Shown here: one piece after another, positions 1-12,427 of the stretch | Layout of the letters: each line of letters begins with the position of its first letter | Numbering within the stretch: the stretch's first letter is position 1 | Source of the DNA: Octopus sinensis | Lineage: Eukaryota | Length of the DNA: 64,000 bases | Direction of reading: 5' to 3' | Assembly: GCF_006345805.1 (NCBI RefSeq) | Contig: NC_042998.1 | Span: 50,406,001-50,470,000 of the forward strand | Made by a program: the position numbers and the translations under genes | Notes under the pieces: generated by a model | Database searches by the model: none | What the model was told of the DNA's origin: nothing | The model's input: only the letters and a program-made list of their open reading frames with translations

Positions 1-375
1 TTGCGTACTGGGATCGATCTCATCGACTGGCTCTCTCCCCCAGAAAGATTTCTGGCCTTATGTCTAAAGTAGAAAAGTATCATTAGCACCCCAGGAAAAT
101 TGCTTAGCAGTATTTTTGACCTTGCCTTTCATCCTGGGATCGATATAATCGACTTAATCCCTTTGTCTGTCCTTGTTCGTCCTCTCTGTGTTTAGCTCCT
201 TGTGGGTAGTAAAGAAATAGGTATTCCGTCCGTCTTTACGTTCTGAGTGCAAATCCCGCCGAGGTCTATTTTGCCGTTCATACTTTAGGGGTCGATGAAA
301 AAAGTACCAGTTGAACACTGGGGTCGATATAATCAATTTAGTCCTTCCCCACAAATTTCAGGCTTTGTTCCTATA
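1..375 (+). mobile_element. SINE family A (tRNA-derived, octopod-type), partial/tandem modules
   Basis: Module GTTCTGAGTnCAAAT(T/C)CCGCCGAGGTC...GGGGTCGAT...GTACCAGT...GGGGTCGAT shared with 46336-47220, 54410-55020 and 58530-58925. Confidence 0.8.
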
Positions 376-499
376 TTATTGCTTTTGTTATTATTGTTTT
401 ACTATTTGGCAATTCAAAAGACAAATACCATTTCAGACGAATTTCCGAAACACTCCCTCAAAACTGAAAACGTATCAAAGAGATACCATTTGACAAGTA

Positions 500-528
500 A
501 CTACTACTACTACTACTACTACTGCTGC

Positions 529-559
<31 letters not shown>

Positions 560-560
560 C
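500..560. repeat. (TAC)n-(TGC)n compound microsatellite
   Basis: Read directly. Confidence 0.95.
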
Positions 561-1320
561 GCGTACTATACTCTCTGCATGACGCTTTTGCGATTATATT
601 CTTGAAATAGCAACCCTCTTCACTTTTCTTGCTTTCTAATTTTTTAATTCCTGAAACTTTCTTTGCAGTTTCGGTTCTCTTCAATTGTATGCAATTGACA
701 ATGTTATGATAGCGTACGGTTTGTTTCATTTTTAAGTTGGTTTGAGTAATTCTTTACCAATTTTTTTTCTCCCTTTTCTCATATATGTTCTTTTGTTGAA
801 AAGAGCATTACAAGTAGGTTCATATATTGTAACATACTTATGGTCCTTTCAATGTACGTTTTCAATATGTGTGTGTGTGTGTGTGTGTGTGTTGGCGTGT
901 GTGTACTTCGCTTGTTGAGTGTGCATGCAAGTGTATATGGCTGCATGTGTTGGATTTGTGTGCGTTTGGCTACATGTATGTAAATAAGCATGTATGAAGA
1001 AACGGCAAGAGAGAAAGAAAGAGAGAGACAGATTCAGGGAAAGAGGGAGATGCAGAGACAGAGAAATGAAATGAGAGGTGGTAATAGCGTTAGTACAAAG
1101 TTTTGAATTGTCGTTTTTTTGCCCTCGCGCACGTATTGAAGCAATTTTTTTTCTTCCTTTGTCGCAATTTGTACTGAAGTTAAATACACAAATACGAACA
1201 CATACATATTTATTACACGCACATACATAGACATATTTATTACACGCACATACATAGACAACTTTCTCTTCTCACCCCACCTCCCCCTCTCTCTCTCTTT
1301 CTCTCTGTTTTTCGCAGTAT

Positions 1321-1525
1321 TCTTTTATTCTTTTATTTGTTTCAGTCATTTTTACTACGGCCATGCTGGAGCACCGCCTCAAAGTTTTTTTTCTTAGTCG
1401 AAGAAATCGACCCAAAGCCTTATTCTTTGTAAGCCTGACACTTTTTCTATTGGGCTCCTTTGACGAACCGCTAGATTACAAGAACGTAAACACACCAACA
1501 TCGGTTGTCAAGCGATATGTTTGTC
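1321..1525 (-). mobile_element. SINE family B 3' half (CORE-like SINE with CR1-type tail)
   Basis: TTTCAGTCATT...GGCCATGCTGGAGCACCGCC is the reverse complement of the tail of copies at 6888 and 14544. Confidence 0.8.
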
Positions 1526-2156
1526 ACATATTTCAACTGCTAAAAGGCAAATATACTGCAGTTTCCGTGGAGAAAAATGTCTCTCTAATGGTAAAAGGTA
1601 TGAAAACACCCATTTCGTTCAGTGTCGCCATGTGTTAGGAATGTCAGTCATCGATGTTTCGATTTTTTTTACTCTTGTCAATGAGATTTACCTAAGAGAG
1701 ACAACTCTGAACGAATATATATATACAAAAATTAGGGAATGAAGTAGATAAAATCCAGGCTACATATGTTTCATAGTTAGTGGAACGTTAGAAGTAGTAA
1801 GTAGGGGATCTCTAACGGCAATGTAGACTTCATGTAATCAAAATATCCTTGGCCTGAAGAGTAGCTTATGGTCTACCCTTCGTTTGAATAATTACTACTT
1901 CCGAGTTTCCACTGGCTATGAAGCATATGTAACCTGGATTATATCTACTCCCATCCATAATTTTGGGATATTTATATGGATAAACAACAACTATGAAATA
2001 ACCTATGATACGGGAAAAATTCCCAACCTTCTGCGCCAATAAACCATTTTGTGCCTGAAAGTTGTCTTTTATACCTTCTACGGACTGCTTGAGGCTTACT
2101 ATCTTCCTACACCTTGATCCTTGGATCTTACCTTTACACACACACACACACACACG

Positions 2157-2201
<45 letters not shown>

Positions 2202-2242
2202 ACACACACATATACATACATACACATATATATATACATACA

Positions 2243-2395
2243 TATCCGACGCACTTCCATTCAGTTCCTCAGTTCATGTCTACTAAGTTCCCTTATAGGG
2301 CAATGGTCGATCCAGAGGGTATAGTAAAAGTTAAACTCTCAAGATGTCGAGCAGCGGAACTAAACTAAACCAGAAACTCGTACTTGCAAAGCACA
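2243..2395 (-). mobile_element. SINE family B 5' half, degraded
   Basis: Diverged match to the head (TTCAGTT...TCTACTAAGTTC...GAGGGTATAGTAAAAG). Confidence 0.5.
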
Positions 2396-2399
2396 CAAC

Positions 2400-2540
2400 A
2401 AAACAACTTGGAAGGTTTTTGTTTTCCTCTCGATACCTTGAGAGTATGTTAAATAGGGATTCCAGTCTTGGTGACGGAATAGCGAATAGACTTCGGAGGC
2501 CACATATATCGTTTGAGAAATTGCAATCTTTACAATAACC
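2400..2540 (+). mobile_element. RTE-type LINE RT fragment, degraded
   Basis: Translation RYLESMLNRDSSLGDGIANRLRRPHISFEKL resembles the RTE motif YLGSxLxxDxxLDxEIxxRIxKAxxAFxxL. Confidence 0.45.
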
Positions 2541-3012
2541 TAAAATGTTATAAAAATAAAATAGTACTAAAATAACTATTTTCCAAATATGCATCTTATC
2601 TCATATTCTTCTCTTGTACGAATGTACATTATAGTTGATAACGGCAGTAACGAGAAAGTTAAGCACAGCAATTTTCTGCCGATTTTGTTATTATTAAAAC
2701 AGCAAACATTTTGTTATAATTGAAAAGGCTAAAATTGCATAGTTTTCAAATATTATTTTATAGGATGGCTCTCTTCGAGATAGACTATACATTACTGGTA
2801 CACAGCCCTTATCTTTTTGTCATGATTCAACCAATATTGCATGGCTTATCTATGTCAGAACTCTCCTATACAATTCAATTATTTTGATGGAAATAAACCA
2901 CTCCACACAATTAGTGGACAGTAACACAAATAATATCGATTAACGTACGCTGTATAACAAATTTACTAACTTATTTTTGTCTTTTATTTATTTATGCAAT
3001 TTATTTAGTGTA

Positions 3013-3113
3013 GTCCGTCGGTTACAACGAGGGTCCTAGGTGATACGATCAACGGAACAGCCTGCTCATGAAATTAACATCGAATGCCCTAACCACTAAG
3101 CCACGCGCCTTCA
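3013..3113 (-). mobile_element. Internally deleted SINE (family D tRNA head fused to 3' tail)
   Basis: CCCTAACCACTAAGCCACGCGCCT head (same as ~6490-6517) joined directly to a GATCAACGGAACAGCCTGCTC tail. Confidence 0.6.
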
Positions 3114-3551
3114 TATATATGTATGTATGTATTAATATTTTTCTTAGGCACAGTGAGAGCCTGAGCACATGCGCATATTTGCATATTTTTCTACTTCGAG
3201 ATAGAACTTTCCATAGCCATCAACATCAACTTTCTCACTTACAACGCCTGTATGTTCTGAAAATGTAACTTTCCCAAATAAAGTGCACTTCACATTCAAG
3301 GCTCAGATGAAGCTAAAGGGCCAACCAAGAGTCCACCACATCTTATTGCAGAAACAGCTGTAGACGAATGACGATCATTTCATGATATTTGGCTTTTCTG
3401 GTGTTATCTCTTTGATTTATATATGTATGTGTGTGTGTATGCGTGTATGTATATACTATATATGTATGCATTTGTGCATGTATGTATATGTGTATTATGT
3501 ATTGTACAACTGTACAGTATACTATATACCGTGAATATAATAAACTGGTTA

Positions 3552-3933
3552 TCTCTCTCTATATAAACGGCAGTTTGTCTGTGCGTGTTTCTGTGTGTCT
3601 GTTTTCTCGTACCCTCACCCTGACCACGGCTTTCAACCGATTCTGATGAAACTTGACACACACATAGCCCAATGTCATAATTCAAAACTAACGCAGCGAA
3701 AATTTTGAAAAGTTCCCCCAGTTCTGAAAAAATCGATAAATTCGACATGGGGTCGAGAATAAAAAAAAACAAACCACAGACTGTCTAGGGGACGCAACTC
3801 AACCTTTTATTACTCTCAAAAAAAAATTTACCATCATTTTTTTCCATTTTTTTGCTATTTTTTGGCTATACTCTCTAAAATCTTTATAGTTATTTCCCTT
3901 ACAAACCTGAGCAACGCCGGGCGATACTGCTAG
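3552..3933 (+). mobile_element. Non-autonomous Helitron
   Basis: 5' TCTCT..ATATAAA start; 3' GAGCAACGCCGGGCGATACTGCTAG|T end with GC-rich hairpin region and CTAG; same terminus as 28645 and 30127 copies. Confidence 0.85.
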
Positions 3934-3967
3934 TTTATCCTAAGAAGCATTCGCGAAGTAAAATTAT

Positions 3968-4040
3968 GTAGCAACACCAAATGGCGGTGCCCCAGCATGG
4001 CCACAGCTCGTGAGCTGAAACTCGATAAAATAAAAAAAAA
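3968..4040 (+). mobile_element. Extremely 5'-truncated CR1-type LINE 3' end
   Basis: GTAGCAACACCAAATGGCGGTGCCCCAGCATGGCCACAGCTCGTGAGCTGAAACT is nearly identical to the LINE 3' end at 60476-60530; followed by an A-rich tail. Confidence 0.85.
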
Positions 4041-4129
4041 TTGTAGCTTAGATTGTGGGCTTTTGTCTCTTTGTGCAGTTGTTGCTAAATTCCGCTCGCT
4101 CAGTCCATCCCTGACAACACATGATCATG

Positions 4130-4570
4130 GAACTAGCGTGTAAGTATGATGCAATCGTGGTTTGGCGTTCAAACTTATACAGGGACGTAATCTGAGCAAT
4201 CATTACAAAACTACGGAAAACTACCCAACGTCTACAATCACTACAATCAAAAAGTTGTCTCCAGCCGTACATCATGTCACCTCCCCTTATCTACTTCCGT
4301 CCATAGTGACAAACCCATCATTCAAATCCCACGTACGTCTACTATCTACCACCTCCTGAAAATCCATAAACCTGACAAAAACCGGCCTCCATATTGTCGC
4401 TTCATATGTCTGCTTCAATAAGCTCATTTCCATTTACCTTAACAAAATTACGTACCTCTTTTACGCTGCATCCCATCCTACATCCGTAATATCTATCACG
4501 CTCAATGCAAAACAACTCGATACAAAATAACCCAATGCAAAATTCTGCACAGTTAATGATGTGTTTACCT
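4130..4570 (+). mobile_element. Penelope-like element reverse transcriptase fragment
   Basis: Translations AIVVWRSNLY (PLE DKGGAVVVW region), IYHLLKIHKPDKNR (YxLPKIHKP) and HIVAS (RPIVS); frameshifts and stops present. Confidence 0.7.
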
Positions 4571-4787
4571 CATTTGGATACGGAATGGGTGTTTATTTTA
4601 TTTATCTATTTTTTTTTCTTTTTTGTGGGAATTTATTCATTTGCTTACATAGGGACAGCATTTTGCATATGAAAAGACAAAAGAAACAAAATAATACTTA
4701 GAATATGCGCGGAAACGAGTATCTCACAAAAGAGACAAAATGAAGCATCACCTTCATACATATATACATACACACACACTCATACTC

Positions 4788-4820
<33 letters not shown>

Positions 4821-5322
4821 CATACATACATACACATACATATTCATATATAGATAGACATATATATACATACATAAATGTATATATGTTTGAGGCGTGT
4901 ATGTATGTTTGCATTTGTCGACATATGTGTACACGAGTGCTTTTGATTCCATTTCCATCTGTAACAAGTCTTCTGCATAGTTTCTCTTACTACTTCATTT
5001 CTCTCTTTCCCCCAATGATTTCCTTCAATATTTCTGTTCCATTTCTTCTCCGCCTCCCCTCCCCCATACACTCCGCCACATACTCTTTCTTTCTCTCCCT
5101 CTCTCTCTTTTTTTTTATGTTACAACCCATTCGGCAACAGATAACTACAGCAATCTCATACGACACAACAACTAAATTTTAACAAAAGCTTAGTACGTAT
5201 AATTCACGCCTACATTTCAGTATTTTCACATTATATATTATTGGACAAAGGTGGAAATCAATACTCATTGTTTTCTCCTGAATATAATATCAATCAAGTT
5301 GGTGCATCTTTAAACGATATTT

Positions 5323-5459
5323 TTCTTCTTCTTCTTCTTCTTCTTCTTCTTCTTCTTCTTCTTCTTTTTCTTCTTCTTCTTCTTCTTCTTCTTCTTCTTC
5401 TTCTTCTTCTTCTTCTTCTTCTTCTTCTTCTTCTTCTTCTTCTTCTTCTTCTTCTTCTT

Positions 5460-5494
<35 letters not shown>

Positions 5495-5601
5495 AATGCT
5501 ATTAGTATCGTCAAAGAAATCGGCATTTTTATTAATATTTTTGTCATTGTCGTCAATGCTACTACTACTGCTACTGCTACTACTACTACTACTACTACTA
5601 C

Positions 5602-5643
<42 letters not shown>

Positions 5644-5665
5644 TGATGATGATGATAACGATGAT
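5323..5665. repeat. Compound microsatellite (CTT)n-(ATT)n-(CTA)n-(ATA)n-(ATG)n
   Basis: Read directly; explains ORFs 5241-5903 and 5294-5857. Confidence 0.95.
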
Positions 5666-5870
5666 GTTTTCTGATTTTAGGCACAAGTCCAGAAATTTTG
5701 AGAGGGAAGAGATAATTCGGTATATTCGTCCCCAGTATTTTCCTAATAGGTTATTGCATGGACCACCCGTGGTCGATATAATTAACGTCAAACTGCGGAG
5801 TTTGAATTCAGAATGTAAAGAGCCGGGAAACGTACAGCAAGTTATTTTTACCAGCACTCTAAGGATTCTG
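5665..5870 (-). mobile_element. SINE family A, degraded
   Basis: GGCACAAG.CCAGAAATTTTG...GTCCCCAGTA...GAGTTTGAATTCAGAA matches the family A reverse complement. Confidence 0.55.
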
Positions 5871-5994
5871 ACTGTTCACTTAAACACTAGGCCTGAAATC
5901 TAGAGTAAGAAAATAGTCCATTACCGCATTTGCCGGTGTATAAGAGGTACACTTGTATAAAACATCCCGTTATTTTACATGTATTTTTTAAATT

Positions 5995-6278
5995 ATGCGC
6001 CCTTTTCACGCCTAGCCAAGCTCATGGGCCCGGTTTCTATGGCATATGTGTTCCTCCCAGCTGGACGGGACGCCAGTCCGTCGCAGCGTTACTCAAGAAT
6101 CATGAGAGAAAGTTGGGGCGAAAGAGTACAACAGGGGTCGCCACCACCCCATGTCGGAGCCTCGAAGAGCTTTAGCTGTTTTCGCTCAATAAACACACAC
6201 AACGTCCAGTCTGGGAACCGAAACCGCGATCCTCCGACCGCGAGTCCGCTGCCCTAACCACTGGGCCATTGCGCCTCC
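5995..6278 (-). mobile_element. SINE family C (tRNA head GGAGGCGCAATGGCCCAGTGGTTAGGG)
   Basis: A-box and B-box-like head on the minus strand; homologous to 20422 and 32567 copies. Confidence 0.85.
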
Positions 6279-6281
6279 TCA

Positions 6282-6517
6282 TGTAAATGTTCCTTCTCGA
6301 GCCATGCCAGGCTCATAAGGGCCGGTTTTCCGGTTTCAGTGGCGTAGAAATTCCCCACCTGGACGGGACGCCCGTCCGTCGCAGAATTACTCATTTTTGC
6401 CAGCTGAGTGGACTGGAGTGTTTTGCTCAAGAACACAACGCATCGTCCGGTCCAGGAATCGAAACCACAACCTTACGATCATGAGTTCAACACCCTAACC
6501 ACTAAGCCACGCGCCTC
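6282..6517 (-). mobile_element. SINE family D (tRNA head, CORE-like, tail shared with family C)
   Basis: Head GAGGCGCGTGGCTTAGTGGTTAGGG...GTTTCGATTCC; tail GGCATGGCTCGAGAAGGAAC also in the 20422 copy. Confidence 0.8.
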
Positions 6518-6887
6518 TTATTTTACATGTACATTTTATAAAATAAAAACAAATCTAGTATGTTGTATGATACACTTACGGGAAAATATCTCAAAGAGTT
6601 TCTGCTGTGGAAAACGAATGATTCTGTGCATGTAAGTACAATATTGGAACTGTATACTGGAATAAAGTATGAAACCATATATTTATCTAAGTTATGGAAC
6701 TACGCATTCCAGCTTTATTTTCCTTCGGATCAATCGTATAGTTGTTTATACTTTGGTAAAGAGAATTTTTATACCAGATTTGAAACTTATGTTTTTGGCT
6801 GTGGTATTTTATGCATCTGTTATTGCCCATGGGTGTAGTGTACCACCACTATCATTATGTAGGAGAATTTTCCGTTTAGGTAATTTT

Positions 6888-7045
6888 GGCGTGGCTGTAT
6901 GGTAAGAAGCTTGCTTCCCAGCCACGGTTTCAGTACCGCTGCGTGGCACCTTGGGCAAATGTCTTCAACTATAGCCTCGGGCCGACCAAAACTTTCTGAG
7001 TGGATTTGGTTGACGGAAACTGAAAGAAGCCCGTCGTATATATAT

Positions 7046-7117
<72 letters not shown>

Positions 7118-7395
7118 TTTATATGTGTGTGTATATGTGTGTGTGTGTGTGGGTGTGTGGGTGTGTGTGTGTGTCTTTGTATCTGTGTTTGTACACCATC
7201 ACTTGACAACCGTTGTTGGTGTGTTTGCGACCTCGTAACATAGCGGTTCGGCAAAATATACCGATATAATAAGTACTAGGTTTTAAAAAGTATAAGTCCT
7301 GCAGTCGATTTCTTCGACTAAAACCCTTTCAGGTGGAGCTCCAGCATGGCCGCAGTCAAAAGATTGAAATAAAAGAATAAAAGCAAAGAAATAAA
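6888..7395 (+). mobile_element. SINE family B, full length with internal TA/TG microsatellite
   Basis: GGCGTGGCTGTATGGTAAGAAG head, CACCTTGGGCAAA CORE-like motif, CAGCATGGCCGCAGTCA tail. Confidence 0.9.
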
Positions 7396-7580
7396 ACAAT
7401 GTAAGGTGTATATCAGGCGTGGGTTTAAGAATGCTTGGGGAAGGAAGTACGATGAGATTATACAACACACCACCCACATAACTGCCACAGAATTACTTTC
7501 CAAATAAGTATTATTTCGTAAGCTTGTGCTGACTTTGATGGCTTGGCTTGTTTTCGTTATGTTACTATAAGTAACAGTTA

Positions 7581-7766
7581 AGGCGGCAAGTTGGCAGAAT
7601 CGTTAGCATGCCGTTCATGTTCTGAGTTCAAATTCCGCTGAGGTCGACTTGGCCTTTCACCCTTTCGGAATCGATAAAATGAGTATCTGTTGAGTACTGG
7701 GGTCGATGTACTCGACTATCCGCCTCCTCCAAATTTCAGGCCGTGTGCCTTTAGTAGAAAGGATTA
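7581..7766 (+). mobile_element. SINE family A
   Basis: GGCGGCAAGTTGGCAGAATCGTTAGC head, GTTCAAATTCC B-box-like motif, family tail. Confidence 0.85.
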
Positions 7767-8117
7767 TTAGTGACAGCTATGGTGCATTTTAGTACGAGGT
7801 GAAGAGATATATAGAGCTAATGCGTAATACAACTTCCAATTGGCTGTTGCCAGAGCATATGGCTCCCGGGATATAAGGATTACAGCCAGACATATTGATA
7901 TGGACATGTGACATAGATATTGGTAAGGGCCTTTGCATAATAGTGAGCACAACAGTAAGGCATTGTACAACAATGCAATCTGCCCACACATGTAACAACA
8001 TCGATCGAGTATTCTCTATATTAAGATCGGGGTTCTAATGATATCCTATGTCTACAAAGCTATCCAGGAGTTCTAGTCCACTGAGGGAGTGGAGAGAAAG
8101 TGAAGTGGACAGAGCAG

Positions 8118-8584
8118 GATGTGCAGAGCCGAAGGTGCTGAGTCGAAGGTTCCGAGCCGAAGGTGCAGAGCCGAAAACGCTGAGCTGAAGGTACAGATCT
8201 GATGGTGCAGAGCTGAAGATGCAGAGCCGATGGGGCAGAGCCGATGGTACTGAGCTAAAGATGCAGAACCGATGGTGCAGATCCGAATGTGCAACGCCGA
8301 ATGTGCAGTGCCGAAGGTTCAGAGCCGAAAGCGCTAAGCCGAAGCTACTGAGCCGATGGTGCTGAGCTGAAAGTGCAGAGCCAAAGATGCAGAGCCGAAG
8401 ATGCAGAGCTGATGGTGCAGAGCCGAAGACGCTGAGCCGAAAGTGCAGAGCTGAATGCGTTGAGCTGAAGATTCAGAACCGATGGTACTGAGCTGAAGGT
8501 GCTGAGCGAAGGTGCAGAGCCGATGGTGCAGAGCCGATGGTGCAGAGCCGAAGGTGCAGAGGCGAACTTGCAGAGCCGAAGGTC
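8118..8584. repeat. GC-rich 14-bp minisatellite, ~33 diverged units, consensus GGTGCAGAGCCGAA
   Basis: Units read directly, no spacers. Confidence 0.9.
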
Positions 8585-10987
8585 CAGTCACAACGTATGT
8601 GGTAGTAAAGGCCCTATGATAGTTTCTTGATCAATAGACGAAGAAAATTCCCAAAAATAAGTTTGATAGCGGTAGACAGCATCAGTAGCAGTACGTTCTA
8701 GAGATGAAAACAATGTATGTTATTACCACTGTTTCCAGAATAACGCTAGTGGCATGTCTGATAGTAGCTTTGTCTTTAAGTTCACCAACACCTCTCACTG
8801 ATTACGAGTGAGCATCCTAGGATGTCTTCTTCTGCAGCAAAGAACGACTTGAAATTACTGCAAAGAAAAATGATGACTTATGAGTTGGGAAATTGTCGGA
8901 ATCAGTAAAAAAAAAAACAGGAACTAATCAAGTAAGTTTAAGTAAGAGTCAAGCAAGACTCTGTAAACCTCTCACGAAGAGGTTCTAATTCTACGAAATT
9001 CCTGACATGTTTTGTTATCATATAAGAAAACTATAGCTAATAAATAGAAAACCTGTTTGTATTCATTTTGCGTACAAAATTTTTAACCCGTCTTAATACA
9101 TTGTATAACAGCTTTTTGCCCCCACCACGTGTTTTATGTACATATGCATCACACCACGTTTTATTGCCTCTTTTGTCTTATACGTTTTGTGTTTTATGTT
9201 AGAGGCCTTGTGGCGAATAAAGAATGGATTATTGCTATTATTTTTCAATTTCTTTAGCTTGTATTTTGCTCTATTATATTGCACTGTTAGTGGTTTTTTG
9301 TGCTATTGTATATTTCTGTAACTATTTTATTTGTTTTTTATTAAATTACAGTTTTAACTATTTCGGTTAAAAACACTTAAATTAATAACGTTTAGCAAAA
9401 TGAATAAAAAATAGAATGAAATAACTATAAAATGGAATAAAATAAAAGAACGTAAAATTGTTCTCTTCTTCTCCATTGTGTTTGTTTTTAATTACTGAAA
9501 TGGTTGCTAAATACAATAATAAAACGACGTGCGTTTTCAAAGACGGAGAAAAAAGTTTAAAATAAGACAATACAAACCGATTTAAACTAATGCACCTACC
9601 GTTTTAATATTGACCATACGGAGGAGTAACTCGAATGATGTGTACGGTTTAGCACGAGCTAAACTGTAGCTGATGACAATAATTGTTACATTCTATTGAA
9701 ATTGCTCTTAGCATTCTATAAATGCTCTATAAATGTTCTTACAAATATCTTGTTATATTGTAATGAGATATCGTAGAAATTTATCAATCGATGTATTATT
9801 ATATTTTTTCCATTTTTTAAAAATTCTCTTTCTTTAAATGAGTGCAAGAAATTTATTCGAATCTAGTTCTACTTTCTAAATGGGCGCTTCAGCTTATTAT
9901 GTGTAAGTACGAAATTATTTTATAAAAGTAATGTGTGTGTGTGTGTGTGTGTGTCATTGGCCTTTCCTTCCTGTTTGCAAGATACGTAATGCATTTCTAA
10001 GTTATAAAAATGAATGCAACTAACACATCAGATTATAATATAAATCTTTTATTTGTATGAAAGGCAGCTTGAAAGAGGGTTTATGCATGCTATCTTTTAC
10101 CCTAAGGTTTCATTAAAAAAAATCCGTTTATTACTTTAGCACTACGGGTCGCTCCAGTTACATAAGCATACTACGTCACACACACGCACACACGCACACA
10201 TATTTAAGTCATTCTGGTAGAAATCTTGTATGATCGTGTGTAAAGCTCATCCAGAGCTATTGGCTACCTGATGTCAGCAACATTAGGGATGCATTTTATT
10301 ACTTTTGACGAGAAGTGTGTCTTCCCTCTCAGCTTCTTAAGAGATCTTCTGGAATGCAGCAGCCATCTAGATATGCATTGTTATAGAGCTAAGCGAAGTG
10401 GTGAAGAGAAAAAGTGAAGTAAAGTACTTGTTTGGAAAATAATCTAAGGTGATGTAATCCACACCTTTGATGCAAGACAATTGATTGTACAGGATAAACC
10501 CCGGTGAGGTACATGTGCAGGATGAGTCAAAACTATTGTAGTGGATTTGAGTAAAGAATCTCATGTATTCCATTTTCTGTTTGTGATCTATCTATATTTC
10601 TATCTATTTATCTCTAATGTATGTGTGTGCGCGCGCGCCAAAGCAGAGGAACTCGAAACAGCTAAAGTAATAGCGTGTAAATATCGGTTTAAAATCCCCT
10701 TTGGATAGAAAAAAACCCCGAGGACTGCCTGTAGTATACGCATCTGTATACATGAAAGACGTTCTACCATCGGACCAAAGCAATCCTTCGAATTTCTCTG
10801 TTCATTTCAGAAACTTTATTCTTGCTTTCGACTTTTTTTTTAATCTAAAGGGTTTTTAAACACAATATTTATAGGTTTATCTGCTCCGAGTTTCACTGCT
10901 CCAGAAAAGAATTATTTCACGTTTTCTCAAAGTTTAAAAAATTTCTATGAAGTAAACAATATATATACATATAGATAAATGGATATA

Positions 10988-11031
<44 letters not shown>

Positions 11032-12164
11032 ACACTTACATACGCAAAGATTGTAGAGAATGTGCGTCCGTTACCCTGAACTATAGAATGTTGGCTATTG
11101 TCTCTAAGGCTACTATGCAATAACAGTATATATTTTCAATTTCTCATTTCTTGTCCCAACAGGTACAATGACTCCAAAGTGTGTGTGTTTGTGTGTTAGG
11201 GGTGGAAATGTTAAGAAAACAGTTATGCTATCATTAACCGTCCTAAAGTCAGTCCCTTCAATTCTCGGCATTCCCTCGAAAACAGTATAGTTTTGAAGCC
11301 TGTCGATTTTGCAACGGTAATGTCAACTACTAAAGCCAAGAGCATTTAACTTTATATCCATTTTATATTATCAATTCGCCATCATTAAATGTCCCTCATA
11401 GAAGGATGTGTGTGTATATATACATATGCATACATACATACATATATATATGTATATATATATACATATATGTATCCTTTGCTTCTACACCAGGAGAATT
11501 ATGTCCCTTAACATAAACTTTATAACCAATTGTAATATTTGACCTATCATTCATAACTAAGTTATATGTGTGCGTAAATGTATGTGCGTATTCGTACGTG
11601 CGTGTGCTCCCGCACGTGTGTGTATGTGTGTGTGCGTGCGTGCGTGCGTGCATGCGTTCGTGCGTGCGTACATGCGTGCGTATGTGTGCATGAAGCGAAA
11701 GCAAAATGAATAACAGAAATTTCGGTTTTGCATCACATCTCAAATTGAGGTCTCCGGTTTGACACCATCCTATCAACAGCTAATTGGATATTGATTTCTT
11801 ACATAGGCACAAAGCTTCAGATTAATAGGATTGGAGGAAACAAGTGTGATATTTAAGTATTTCTCGTGGGCATTAATCGCAATAAGTGAAATGAAATGGC
11901 TACAACTTGGAATTAAAATCCTATTACAGACACAACTCAGCGATACGTTATCTGTATTTCACAGTGCTCATTTCACAATTTATATTACTACGGATATTTC
12001 ATCAAGGAATTCCACAACACTGAGGCCCCTTATATTGTCCTACGACCTCCTAGAAATAGTTGTTGAATCTCTCCTTAGACACATCGTAAGAGTTAAAATA
12101 AATATAAGAAATAGTGACTGGATAAAAATGCATTCCTGAATACACAATTTATGAAAAATTACCA

Positions 12165-12262
12165 TAACCACCATAACCATCATCATCATCATCGTCATCA
12201 TCATCGTCATCATCATCATTATCATCATCATCATCATCTTCATCATCATCATCATCGTCATC
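12165..12262. repeat. (CAT)n microsatellite
   Basis: Read directly. Confidence 0.95.
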
Positions 12263-12327
12263 GATGCGTTGCGGCATTTCTTCCGGCTTTACGTTCTGAG
12301 TTCAAATTACACTTTTAATCGTTTCGA

Positions 12328-12427
12328 NNNNNNNNNNNNNNNNNNNNNNNNNNNNNNNNNNNNNNNNNNNNNNNNNNNNNNNNNNNNNNNNNNNNNNNNN
12401 NNNNNNNNNNNNNNNNNNNNNNNNNNN
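12328..12427. other. Assembly gap (100 N, true size unknown)
   Basis: Run of 100 N. Confidence 1.

Noticed and set aside
1849-1895. CTGAAGA-GTAG...CTAC stem
   Set aside because: No GAAA after stem II
4079-4139. Apparent 61-nt exon with strong AG and GTAAGT
   Set aside because: The donor lies within the Penelope RT fragment, so the signals are likely coincidental
5241-5903. 220-aa poly-Leu/Ile ORF
   Set aside because: Translation of microsatellites plus SINE sequence
8118-8584. CRISPR-like regular repeat
   Set aside because: Contiguous 14-bp units with no unique spacers, eukaryotic context and no cas genes
9660-9712. CTGATGA...TATTGAAA hammerhead-like string
   Set aside because: Stem I only ~3 weak pairs and stem III a single pair; at best decayed
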